Source of the DNA: Mobula hypostoma
Taxonomy: Eukaryota
Assembly (NCBI RefSeq): GCF_963921235.1
Contig: NC_086116.1
Location: forward strand, 60,636,001 to 60,700,000
Direction: 5' to 3'
DNA length: 64,000 bases
Shown: piece by piece, positions 11,239 to 23,416 of the stretch
Numbering within the stretch: position 1 is the stretch's first letter
How the letters are laid out: the number at the start of each line of letters is the position of its first letter
Position numbers and translations under genes: made by a program
The notes under the pieces: generated by a model
Told to the model about the DNA's origin: nothing
Seen by the model: only the letters and a program-made list of their open reading frames with translations
Database searches by the model: none

Positions 11239-13627
11239 GTAAGTGTACGATTGGATTGTTTATTCGAACAAGGTGAAAGAGAATGGGAGAGTCTTTCATA
11301 TCGGAAAGTAAACCCTTGGCATCAATAAAATGATAAATAGTTGGTTCGTTTAGGGGTTTAAAGGAGGGCATTTATTTATTTGTGCAGTATGACAGTGAGT
11401 ATATTTAATTTAGCGAGGCCTCTGGGGTCAGACTGGGTGTGTGTGTCTGTGTGTGTGTGTGATGTACTAGCCGCACAGTCCTGAGTGATGTCTCTGGAGA
11501 CCTCTACCTGAAATCCAGGCTGGCGGCACGGACATGAACAAGTCCTCTACTCCTTCAGTGCCGTCTCCGAAGTAACCTCGCTTTCCCCACTCTGTTGGCG
11601 AAAGAGGCTTCGCATCTCTCGGAATTCTCCGCTCGCCGCCGATTGTAATTGAAATGCAGAGATCGTGGCTCGAAACTCCAGCTTGTCTCAAGGCGACCGA
11701 GTGTGGACAGAATCTTCTCTCAGAGCCTTCTTGACAGCAGTAAAACAAGCCGCTCTTCCGATTGCGACAGAGCGAGGGAAATATATTCCTGGTAATGAGT
11801 CCGATTAATGGAATTAAAGGCCAATTTTCCCCATTAACCCGATTAATGGTAATGAAGAAAAATACACTCTAGTCACTAGAGTCCAGTGCTATCTTGGTTT
11901 AATAGATCATTAGTTCACTATCTTTAAACTGGCTTTTAATTAACTTTTTTTTAGTTAACATAGGGGCACTTCAAATACCACCGTAAACGCTCAGGTTGAT
12001 TGAGTCCGTCCTTGATGTTTCAATTGGCCCATCAGCTAAGTAGGGTCTAATTCTGCCGTCGCATTGTAACAATCATCATTGATGGTCACTGCAGTGAGTG
12101 TATGGAGTCTGCGTAGGGAGAAACATTATGTTAAATTTCTCTTCGGTATCGCTTTATTGGCAGTTTTCGCTCTTTTAACACGGGGAGAGGCATTTTGTGA
12201 GATTTATTTGGGTGGATGGTATTAGGGCAACCCGGCATCTCCTTAGCGGATTGAGTTAAGACACCGATGTGGTCGTTTTAATAGTGTAAATAAATCACAC
12301 ACTTCGCAGGATTATGTGACGACCGTTCTCTGCCTCTGTCTGTCTCTCTGTCTCTCATATTCTCTCTCTCGCGGAGACCGAGGCGGGTGAGAGAGGGAGA
12401 GAATGAGAGAAAGAATGTGTATGAGAGGGAGAGATTTCTGAGCGCCCGCATCTGGGGAGTCCGTTGTGAAAAGGGATCCCCATACAACTGCTAGTTGACG
12501 GAGGACGGCGGGAGAAATAGTGAGTGGAATACCGTGGTAGGAAGTATGAAGTCACAGGGGTCACCTTTTGGTATTGACTTTGACCCAGATTCCAGATCAG
12601 CTCTATATAGAAACGGAACATTCCACCCACTGGGTAACCAAACTAGGAAAATAGCAATCACATATCTGCTTAAGCTAAACCGAAATGTTCAATTTGCGTT
12701 AATTAAATCTGCAACTCGACTTATATTGATATTTACAAATAACTTGGGTGATATTTTGCTGAGAAAACGATATTGCACTGTTTATAACATAACAGTCCAA
12801 AATTGATTTTGAAAATTATAGCACACTTTCATATTTACATACTAGAGAGTTGAATGTAATTTCGTTATATTAGGTGAAAATAATTCATTATTATATTAGA
12901 TAAAATAATGTCGTTAGATTTTCGGCACTAGGACCCAGCGGTGTTTTCCACCGCGCACCCATCTTGCGGCAGCACCAGTCTCTTTCCGTGAACACTAAAA
13001 CTGTTTCAGGCACTCGGCTACAGGAATGCCCCGCCTCAGTCTCAGTAGCGATGAATGGCTGAGCTGACAATCCCTGGGCCACCTCATCGCGAGTGAACTG
13101 AACTGGAATCGGTTATAAACTCGATTTGAAACAGATACAGTGAGTTTCACACTTCATCTGCTGGGTCCTAGCGCCCGCGACTTCATGTCAAGTGGAAGAG
13201 AATGAGATGGTATAGTTGATCTTAATGAGATTGAAGCAAGATAGCATGTTTTAAAATTTAAAAGGTATCCTTTTTATACCACTTTAAATTTCAAGTGTTG
13301 AGAAATTATTTAAATTGTAAATACGCAATAAATTCAGCTCCAACCAATCTTGAAAGTTTGCATTCACAAATTTATTCCCCAAAATTGTGAGTTAATTACC
13401 ATGATCATTTTTATATTCTAGATTTAAGGTTATTTTATCGCGTAGTCGGAGCGATTGCTCTGAAGTAAGGCTTTTTAATGCTGGGGTTATAACTATTTTA
13501 TACTTGATATAAGCAATATAGTTATCACAATATATTTAAAGGTTATAATCAGTTACTCGTGCGGTGTTTTCGGAGCATTTGTTTATATACGCAATACCTA
13601 CACCACGTATTTAAACAAATGACATGT

Positions 13628-13846
13628 GTGACAAGGTAGCGTAGAGGTTAATGTGATGCTATTAGAGCGCCAGCGACCCGGATTCAATTCCCGCTGCTGT
13701 CCTGCGAGAAGTTTCTCCGTTCTCTTCGTGAGCTTCCTCCGGCTGCTCCTGTTTCCTCCCACCTTAGTAAGTTGGTTAATTGATTAGTTGGTATAAATGG
13801 GCGAGCGTGGGCTCGTTGGACGGGAAGGATCTGTTCCCTTGCTGTC
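13628..13846 (+). mobile_element. V-SINE retaining its CpGs
   Basis: A-box-like ggtagcgtagaggtt, B-box-like gattcaattccc, V-domain ttcctccggctgctcctgtttcctcccac. Confidence 0.7.
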
Positions 13847-16734
13847 GAAATCTACGCTGGAGAAAATAATATTCAAAATGTGTATAGTGCAGACTTTGAT
13901 ATTCAATTAAACGTTAATGACGTTAACTCTTTAACTTGAGGTTATCCCATTGGTTCGGATTCCCCAGTCACCCAACTGACGCACCCAGAACCAGAAAGAA
14001 ACTAGTTCCTTCCGAACCCTTTATCCCTTTCCGATTAATGATTATTCGAGATCTTCATCGATTAACTTTTTATCTAAGGGTCCATGAAGAATACAGAATG
14101 ATATTAAGTGAGAAGGCTGGATCAACGGATACAAGTTTTTAAAACAAAAGTGGCCATCAGCAGCTTTCTTACTTTCCTAAGTTATTTTGCGTTATATGTG
14201 TGTTATGTGTACAGTACTACTGTGCTTTACACCCGCTCCGGAGAAACATTGTCTCGTTTGACTGTATACATGTATATAGTTAAATGACAATAAACTTAAC
14301 TTGACTTCGTCCCAATTAGTTAGGGGATCACTCTCCAACTGTCACTCCTGAGATCCCTAAGACACCAGAGCGCCAGTAAAAGGAGCGCAACCAGTCAACA
14401 GCCTGTCTTTTGGTGGTGGGGGGGGGGGTTCAATGCAGAATTTTCCGTGTATGAAATTAACGGGCTTTTTTTTGGTAATATGTAACAAAGAGTGCACTGT
14501 TCTATGGGTAGATTCTGAGACTTGTAAACCGCAATTGGATTAGCGACGTTGCTTATCATTTGTTGAGTGACTGACTACAGTGAGCTGATATCGCCGAGGG
14601 TGTCTCGGAAGGAGATGATACCAGGGTTCGGGAAAGAGTCGACGTGGTCATTGGAAGGTCGATTTCATGGCGACAGCAGTATCCGTTAGGTCACTGACTG
14701 CATTTTTATGTTTTTTTTCTGCAACTGATGATGGTAGGAGTTCTGAGCGGAAAAGGCGCGCAAAGTGGAAAAGTGGTGCTGGGTTGGAACGCGTTATCTT
14801 TTGAAACTGCCAGGCTCAACTTCATGCCGCTTTCGAACGCTGACCTCCTTGTGAAAGCAATACTGTACCTCATCTGCTGCCCTGGTCGTGTCAGTAACTG
14901 GGAAGTAACCGAGAGCTGATTGTCAGGATTCAAGGTGCAATTGTTACGTGTTCCATTTTCATCTTTAGTTTAAAGAGGCTTGCATTTAGTGGTGAGCTTT
15001 ATAAAATTTAATACAGCAGATTCTAATGAGAATCCCGCAGAAGAACGTATTTCACCGTATCTCGTTGGCGTAGTTTCGGAACTGTCTGCTTGGCCGCCTG
15101 TAACCTCGGGGATTCAGGCTGCTCCCCTACCATTCTGTGCGTAATTGAAGATTTCCTCCTGAAAATTGAACGCTTTCGCGGCCAGTGTTGTGAGCCGAGT
15201 TCCCGTTCTTTTTTCCCCACACGCTGTTAAGTCCTCGCATTGATGCAGTTGAAAGCAAAGTTCTGATTTAGCAGCTGAGTAACTTGATTATTTTTTAACT
15301 TGCCCCTGGCTGCGTATCGCAGGTCTGTGCTTTAATATGAACTAGATATAATGTAGATGTCGATTTGTGCAAGTCCTAGCGACTCGAGTGAGACTGCACC
15401 TCAACCCCACTCACCATATTTCCAGCGAAATCTTTGCTGGACAGAAACGTTTTCAACAGTTGGGTCTGTGTGGTGTTACATGCAATCAGTACTGATTGTT
15501 AACTCAGCACTCGGGAGATAGCGGAAGTCTCTGATTCTCCCCTTTTCAGATTCGGCACTTGACATTGAAGAGGATCGTTTAGAATTATTCCAGGGCCGGG
15601 AGGGAACGCAGTTCCTTCCCAAAAGCCTGTCTGTCTGCGTGAGTCCCAGACTTGGCAAGACTGCGTGTTTCCTTGTGAAATTGACGCGCGGTACTAAAAA
15701 TAATGCAGCCCCGAGTTGTATTTTCCAAAGAGCCGACCTGCCTCCGAACAATCTGTCCGCGGAGGCCAAGTTTGGGAAGGTCAAGCGCCCTTGTAGAACC
15801 AGTCGAAACTGGAGAGATCTAATTATTGATTTGGGGTTCTAAACAAAAGTACAACAGTGAAATCCTAATCACTTATTCAGAATCATAGAGACTAAACGCA
15901 TCTATTTAAGCATGTTTTTTTAAATAGCATGTGGTGCTATACCATCGCCAAGATTTCCAAAGTTAGAGTCATTGCCTTTTTAAATTATCGTTAACTTTTG
16001 AATTGAGACAAACTTTGTTCTTATACAGCTGAACCCCGCGGTCGCATGCACTTTGACCCAGGTTTATGTGCCGTAGCTGACGAGAGAGAAATCGACCCCT
16101 AACATTGGCCGGGATTTGGCTGGTTCCTTGCAGCCGCCCTTGAGGGTTGGCCCGATGTGGTGACGCGCGGGTCCCGTGGCCTCTGGAACAATCCGCACCA
16201 AAGACAGGACGGGTTCGCCTGATAACAGCGTATTCGCGAAACCCTTCCTTGCTTCAACTATCCCATGAGCCGTTCACGTTTCTTTCTTCGGCTGGACTGG
16301 AGCTCTCCTCCTGCAGGGAACGACAGAGTGCTGTTACTTGGTAGGATCTATTTTTATCATCCTTACTGTGCGAGGAACGGAGATGGAATGGGGCTGGCGG
16401 CGTATAGACTGTTGCTAGAGGCGAAGTAGATTGAAGGCTGCCTGTCTTATTCATGAAATTCAGTTGAGGTCCGAATAGAACAGCCAGACTAATTCCTCTG
16501 TCACCCTTTTCTTTTATAACGTTAGCGCTAAATGTTCTAAGTTCATAAAGAGCATATTGATCTACTTAATTCATTAAAAGTTGCCTGTTGATGTTCAGTT
16601 GAAGTTCTAATTATTGCAGTTAAGCATTTCATCACCTTCCTCGCTGCAGTTGGGTCTTTGTACTGATGGGTAAATCCTAGACTGATAATTGAAGGATAGC
16701 AAACAGCTCCGTCAATCCTTTTAAAGGTTCTGTT

Positions 16735-16875
16735 GGAGGCGGGCGACTATCCTGATGAGCTTTGCAGGTAGCCAATGAGCGCAAGGCTAGGGGTTGGGGG
16801 CCGTCCCGAAGGACACGAAAGAGCCAATGGGAGAGCGGTGTGGGCGGAGGCTAAAGCCCTGGTCTTAAAGGGTAC
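16735..16875 (+). promoter_or_regulatory. Candidate proximal promoter (GC boxes, two CCAAT boxes, TATA-like element)
   Basis: GAGGCGGGCG near 16736, AGCCAATGAG (CCAAT 16772), AGCCAATGGG (CCAAT 16824), GGGCGGAG 16842-16849 and CTTAAAGG 16864-16871, in canonical order and orientation. Confidence 0.6.
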
Positions 16876-16889
16876 TCATCTCGGCCGAA

Positions 16890-17344
16890 GCATTGCGGCA
16901 GGAATAGGGATCGGACAACCCGCTACCTGTAGGTATTGGAGAGTGGAGTCCTGAAGGCTGCCTGGCAGTTGATCAAGATACATTGCAGATTTTGGAAGTT
17001 GCCTTATTTATTTGAGGTACTTGCACTGAACGCAACATCCTGATTATTTAGTAATACCGTTGATTCGGGGTTCGGGGCAACAGTAATTTTTGAATATTTT
17101 TTTAAGTTGGGAACGGATCAATGGTAGATTCCCCTTCTGTGTTGTGCGCTGTACCATGAAGAGCGTAAAATTGGACCCTTCATCCTTTGGTTGAGGCGCC
17201 GGTTAATCCCGGGTGGAAGTTCATCGTCACTATATCACCTGAGGATTGAAAAGTGCGGGGGGGGGCACTTGGCTGATGTGTAGGGTGGAGAGAGACCCCG
17301 GCATTGTAGGGATCAGAGAGGGGCGAATACCAGAAGGGGATGAG
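16890..17344 (+). other. plxna4: Candidate non-coding first exon from the proximal promoter (start approximate)
   Basis: Consensus donor GAG|GTGAGT at 17344/17345 would give a 126-nt intron to the acceptor at 17470. Weaker donors at 16932 and 17016 are alternatives. Confidence 0.4.
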
Positions 17345-17470
17345 GTGAGTGCCGTGGGGAGGAACCAAGCAAAGTTTATGTATCCCACACAAACATACCC
17401 CTTCCCTTTCACCGGGCGACGGCACTGATGACAGATCTGGTACTTAATCTTTCTCTCTCTCCCTGTTCAG

Positions 17471-17592
17471 GTTCACGATGCTGAGGGCCGGACACCCAGT
17501 GGTGGGCGGATTGTAACTGCGTTCTTGAGCTGGGAGTAACACGTAAAGCAGGAGCAACCAGCCGGAATTTTAAATAAAAGAAGGTAGAAGAC
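17471..17592 (+). other. plxna4: 5' UTR part of the first coding exon, with a short upstream ORF at 17478-17516
   Basis: Branch-like CTTAAT, then ctttctctctctccctgttcag|G with the AG at 17469-17470. ATG 17478 to TAA 17516 encodes MLRAGHPVVGGL. Confidence 0.7.
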
Positions 17593-18759
17593 ATGGCAGC
17601 GAGCAGCGGCAGCCTCAGTTACTTCATCTTCCAGCTGCTGCTGATGGTCACCTCCGGTCGGCGGGAGTTAGTTAACCCAGAGTACAAGACCTTCCGAGGA
17701 GAGAACGCGAACTGGGCGTTCAACCACTTGGCGGTCGACGAGCGCACGGGCAGCGTGTACCTGGGAGCGGTGAACCGGATCTACAAGCTCTCCAGCGACT
17801 TGCAGCTCCTGGTGGTCCACCAGACGGGACCGGACGAGGATAACCCGGACTGTTACCCGCCCCGCATCGTGCAGCCGTGCAGCGAGCCCCTGCGCCTCAC
17901 CGACAACGTGAACAAGATGCTGCTCATCGACCAGGTGGAGCGGCGGCTGATCGCCTGCGGGAGCTTGTACCAGGGCATCTGCAAGGTGCTGAGACTCAAC
18001 GACCTCTTCAAGCTGGGCGAGCCATTCCACAAGAAGGAGCACTATCTCTCCGGGGTCAACGACAGCGGCTCGGTGTTTGGGGTCATCGTGGCGGGCCAGG
18101 GGCAAGGATCTAAGCTGTTTGTGGCCACGGCCGTGGATGGCAAACCCGAGTACTTCCCAACCATCTCCAGCCGCCTGCTTGCCACCAACCCCGAAGCCGA
18201 CGAGATGTTCTCCTATGTCTTCCACGACGAATTCGTAGCCTCTCTGATCAAGATCCCGTCTGACACCTTCACCGTCATCCCCGACTTTGACATCTACTAC
18301 ATCTACGGTTTCAGCAGCTCGGCTTTCGTGTACTTCCTGACGCTGCAGCCCGAGTTGGTCCACGCCGGACCGGGTTCCACCCGCCAGAGGGTCTACACCT
18401 CCAAGTTGGTGCGCCTCTGCCAAGCCGACACCACCTTCAACTCGTACGTGGAAATGCCCATCGGATGCGTGAAGGACGGCGTGGAGTACCGACTGCTACA
18501 AGCCGCCCACCTGGCCAAGGCCGGCCCTGTGCTGGCTCGGTCACTGGGCATTACTGCCGGACAGGACGACGTGCTTTTCGCCGTCTTCTCCAAGGGCCAG
18601 AAGCAGCGCAGCCAACCCCCCGACGAGTCCGTGCTTTGTATGTTCGTGCTCAACACCATCAACGATCACATCAAGAAGCGGCTGCAGTCCTGCTATCGGG
18701 GAGAGGGCTTGTTGGACCTCGCCTGGCTCAAGGTTAAGGACATCCAGTGTGTGTCCGCG
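17593..18759 (+). CDS. plxna4: Plexin A4, first coding exon (signal peptide and most of the sema domain, 389 codons)
   Basis: ATG at 17593 (GACATGG context) and a hydrophobic signal peptide. Motifs [78 protein letters not shown] and [11 protein letters not shown] match plexin A4 as recalled. Phase-0 donor GCG|GTAAGC at 18759/18760. Confidence 0.93.
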
Positions 18760-19793
18760 GTAAGCTCGCTCTCTGCGTTGTCCACCTTTCTCCGTTCGGA
18801 TTTTGTTAGCAACCGTGTACAGTCGCGGGGGTTGAGACCAGACTAGGTCCGTTTTCCCCGCAGAGAAGTTAAGAGGGGTCATGAATTCAAGTTCAAATTC
18901 GTTTGATTGTCATTCGACCATACTCATGAATACAGCAAAACGAACAGCGTCCCTCGGGGGCCAAGGTGCAAAACACAGAACCAATAATCACACACAGCAC
19001 ATTTAGGAACTATAAGTATGACAGCAGAAAGGCATATGGTTACAGAAATTTAAACAATAATAGAGCCCACGTCCCCGAGTGTCGTGGCCTGTAGACTGAT
19101 GGTCATGAGAGTCCTCCTGGAGCCACGTTTCTACAAGAACAAGCCTGCGTTAGTTCTCAGTTCGCCCAAGTGATTGAAGCAATATAACATCTGTGAGGGT
19201 TATAACTAGGTTAGACAGCACAAAACCTCTCCCTTACCAGAGGCAACGTCAACCAAGGGAACATATTTTTAGGGTAAGGGGAATGAGATTTACAAGGGAT
19301 CTGAGGAGGACTTGAGAGAGTGGTGGAAACAGAGTTGTTGATAACACCTGAGAAGTGTCTGAATCAGGGTTTCTCACCTTTTTTATGCCATGGACGAATA
19401 CCATTACGCAAGGGATCCAGGGACCCCAGTTTGATGTACACTTGAATCACCTAGCCATTGAAGGTTATGGGTCAAGTGCTGGAAATGGGAATGATATGGA
19501 CAGGTGTTCAACATAGACATGGTGGGCTGAATGGCCTGCTTTCATTCTATTTGACTGAATAGCTGTGCACCCGTGCCTATGGCCCACTTCAGACTTAAAT
19601 GGACTCAGTGCAGTTTTGGCTGACGTCCATTGAAACATTCTGGAGCTGCTAACTTAGGAATAGGAGAGGAATAGGATATTATATTGGGAAACTCTGTTTC
19701 CTCAGCTTTGTTTATTTTGAAGAACAACAGAGGATCCATCCACAGTATCATAGCCAGCATCTCCACCTTAATCAATATCATCAGAACAGATTA

Positions 19794-19976
19794 ACAGACA
19801 CAAAATGCAGGCGCAACTCAGCAGGTCAGGCAGTATCTACCTGAAGCAATAAAGAGTTGATGTTTCAGGGTGAGACCCTTTGTTGGTTTGGAAAGAAAGG
19901 AAGGGGAATGCTGCCTGAGATGCTGAGGTCCTCCAGCATTCTGTGTGTGTCACTCTGGATTTCCAGCATCTGCGGA
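19794..19976. mobile_element. PLE terminal-repeat inverted pair with a 14-bp TSD
   Basis: A minus copy followed by a plus copy. ATCAGAACAGATTA at 19780-19793 and 19977-19990. Confidence 0.85.
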
Positions 19977-20197
19977 ATCAGAACAGATTAGTTAGTTATT
20001 TATCACATCGCTGATGGTGGGAATTTGTTGTGCACAAACTGACCATTATGTTTCCTACATTGTGGAAGTGTCTGCAAGTTCAACCCTTCTGTGCTGTAAA
20101 AATACTCTGTGGTATACTTGGGTGTTGACAGGTGCTGTAAGAGCAGAGTTTGAAGTACGTTTTATGCCACAAAAATACAGTATATGGACTTGATATA

Positions 20198-20691
20198 CAG
20201 TCACTGGCCACTTTAGGTACAGGAATGGAACCCAATGTTGTCTTCTGCTGCTGTAGCCCATCCACTTCAAGTATCATGTTGTACATTCGGGGTGGTCATC
20301 TACACAGCGCAGTTTATAATGCATGGTTATTTGAATTACTATCACCATCCTATCAGCTTGAACCATTCTCCTCTGACGTCTCTCATTAACAAGGTATTTT
20401 CACCCACAGAACTACCACTCACTGGATATTTCACGCACCATTAATGTGTGAAAATCCCAGGAGATCAGCAGTTTCTGAGATACTCAAACTACCTCATTTG
20501 GCACCAACAACCATTTCACAGTCAAATCACTTAGATCATATTTCTTCCCCATTCTGATGTTTGGTCTGAACAACAACTGAATCTCTTGACCATGTCTGGA
20601 TGCTTTTATGCATTGAGTTGCTGCTATATGATTGGCTGATTAGATATCTGCATCAGCAGGCAGGTGTACCTATTAATATGTCCACTGAGTG
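20198..20691 (-). mobile_element. Tc1-derived non-autonomous element
   Basis: TA-flanked TIRs (cagtcactggccacttt / gtccactgagtg). Internal remnant of the transposase N-terminus (..LKWMGYSSRR..). Confidence 0.85.
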
Positions 20692-20892
20692 TATACCCTC
20701 AGCTTCTGCCTTTGAAATAAATCTAAGTTTCTTGAAACAAAATGTAATTAGCAACCTAGAAAGAAGCCTTTCATTTATTGTGTAATTACTTAAGACATCT
20801 TGTATAATGGATTGATTATTGAAGTGCAGTTGACGTTGCTGTGTCCTTTTAAAACAAGCTATGTCACACAGAGCAAGGTCTAGCAAACATAA

Positions 20893-21593
20893 CACAGTGG
20901 ATTCCAGTTAATTGGGACACATCAGGACCAGTTCATTTTGACCCAATTAAACCGCTGCCCAATTAGCCAAAGTTTCATGAAAATAGTTAAAATGGTATAA
21001 AAAAGACAAACTACCATTTTACTGAGTAACAAATTATGTACTTAAATGAAATGCAGAACAAATTAGAACATTCTCAATACTACCGCAGTACTATAAAACT
21101 GTGTGTTGGTTCCTAATAGTTATCGACTGAGGAATTCATCCAGTGTATACTCCTGTGTTCTTTTGAGTGTAAATGAACAAAACCAATGCACGCACTGAGT
21201 CAGATGATGGACTGGCTTCATACAAGGAACCCTCCAAATCTTCATTTTCATTGTCACATTCAAGATGATTGCCAATATCTTCAAATTCTTTGTAGGTCTT
21301 GTCGATGTATTGAAATCACTGCTTTTTGAATACAAGCACCCACAACTGATGCTATTTGAAAACTGTTTGCTCTAAGCATGGTGTAGTGGTTAATGGCCAC
21401 ACAAGTGTATGTGACTAACGGTAATTGGAAACTGTTCGGCAACAGTCTCCTGTCCCAATTAAGTGGCATTGTGTCCCAAATAAATAAAGAGAATTGCAGC
21501 CATTTTCTCAATTAGATTTTGTTTTGCAAGTGTTGTCCCAAATAAGTGGCTGTCCCGATTAACTGATGGCCCGATTAACTGGCATCCACTGTG
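20893..21593. mobile_element. pogo/Tigger-like MITE
   Basis: TIRs CACAGTGGATTCCAGTTAATTGGG and CCCGATTAACTGGCATCCACTGTG, with repeated subterminal gtcccaa(t/a)taa motifs. Confidence 0.8.
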
Positions 21594-21902
21594 TATGAAT
21601 GACCAGTTAACCTATATCTGTTGTTTGAGGAAGCAATGTTAGCTGGGAAAAGCTCTGATGTCTTTCAGATGTCTTTTCAAGTTCAAGTTTATTGTCATTC
21701 AACCGTACACATGTATACAGCCAAACAAAACATTGTTCCTCAGTAGGGCCAGGGTGAAAAACACAGTACATATAGTTACAATCCAGCACATAGAGCCACA
21801 AAATATTTATTTATTTATTGTGCTACAGCACCAAGTAGGCCCTCAGAGCCACGCTGCCCAGCAATATGCTGACTCAATCCTAGCCTACTCCTGGGATAAG
21901 TT

Positions 21903-22175
21903 ACTACTACTACTACTACTACTACCTCGACTCAGGCCTAGGGGGCCGGCGTCGGGGACGATGACCGACTCTCCACTTCTTCCTCTCCCTCATCAGTGTG
22001 TTCGGTTCATCCACATTAGCCGCGCCGCTGTCTTCTAGGAGCGTGTTGACCATAGTCTTGGGAGGGAGCCCAGGGTTCATCCTCCCATGCTTGGGCTCCC
22101 ATATGATGACTAGGCTGGCAGGTAGCTCGGGGTGGCGTAGACAGTGCCCCGCTAGTTGCAGTCCTCTCGCCTCGA
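21903..22175 (-). mobile_element. RTE-clade LINE 3' fragment with a (TAG)n tail, nested in a V-SINE (21805-22345, minus strand)
   Basis: Encodes GLQLAGHCLRHPELPASLVIIWEPKHG..PPKTMVNTLLEDSG. (tac)n at about 21902-21925. SINE sequence continues on both sides. Confidence 0.8.
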
Positions 22176-23416
22176 TTTTACAATGACTGATTACCCTACC
22201 AACCAGTAGGTCTTTGTATTGTGGGAGGAAACCCACACGGTCATGGAGAGAACGTATAAACTCCTTACAGGCAGCGGTGGGAATTGAACCCGGGTTGCTA
22301 GTACTGAAAGGCATTGTGTTAACCACTATGCCACCATGCTGCCCTGGTATTATCACAATACTAATGTTAGCACAAGTTCCAGAGAGACATAGCCTGAAGA
22401 CTGACGGGTTCACATAAAGTGTGAGATGCATGTCTAGGTAAGACAGTATAACGTCACTGGCATCAACAGTAGTATCAATACGTGAAACAGCAGCAATAAG
22501 AGGTTAAAAGTGACAAGTGCAAGATGAGAGTTGGGGAGTAGGGGATGGCAGGGCATTCAGACACGTGCTGGGTGACAGCAGGGTGTTCACAGGTCTAACA
22601 GTCTCAGTTCAGAGATGGGCCATAAATTAAATACTTCATTTAAATTGTGATACCTCTTGTCTTTAATGTGACTTGTTCTAATTTTTATATCCAAACCCAT
22701 TTGGCCCAAATGGTTTATGGTCTGCATGAGCCTCACTTCACTCTCCCAGGACATATCTTTTGACTTTGTTTCCTCTAGTACATTTCAAATTGAGCACACA
22801 CTTTGCAACAGAGATTAAATGTACAGCTTCAGACTTTGTGCTTAGCCGGTTTTGAAGAATGTGTGGTGATAGTCCTCATTTGATGGGTAGTTCATTTGCA
22901 TTGCTACATGAATTAATTTTTGCAGTGACAAAATTCTGCATTATCTTTTAATAGCCACTTGGCATTTCTGGACTCATTTTTGTTGTATCAGCAAAGAAAT
23001 TAGAAACCTTATTTCAAATATGATAAAATTAATTTGAGTGGGGTATATAAGAGTTTTCAAATTTTTTTAAACCTTACTTGTAAGGCTGGTGATTTATTTG
23101 TGACTTTAGGGCTTATGAATTATGCACAGCACTGCGTGCATATTAAAATGGAGTGTTCTGATGGTTCAAGAGTGTAAATGAACCATGTGCCACAGAATCA
23201 TGTCACCAGATCAGGAAATGTATTGTTTTCAATTGGGTCTTCTGCTGAGCCAGCTAGCTCAGCTACCTCATTTGATTTGATGATAATTTTCAGTCCACTG
23301 CAATTTTACTGTTTAATCTTGTAACCACAATATCTCAATGTCTTTGCAAAATGTGCGCACTGATGGCCAGACCATTCGTGAGCTCTTGAGTCCTACGCAC
23401 CTGCCTATCTGATCTA

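Larger units (their letters stand above)
7450..18860. promoter_or_regulatory. Broad CpG-retaining, transposon-poor domain over the plxna4 5' end
   Basis: CpG is visibly frequent throughout and scarce in the flanks. Only two small repeat remnants were recognised inside (about 13628-13846 and 14170-14305). Confidence 0.7.

Noticed and set aside
18760-18846. ORF-track extension of plexin to 417 aa ([13 protein letters not shown]...)
   Set aside because: It reads through a consensus donor, similarity to plexin ends at the donor, and no nearby AATAAA supports a truncated isoform. The same applies to 36003-36062.
17668-18882. Long antisense and alternative-frame ORFs (251 aa, 113 aa and others) over the plexin exon
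   Set aside because: Expected by-products of GC3-rich codon usage, with no recognisable protein motifs.
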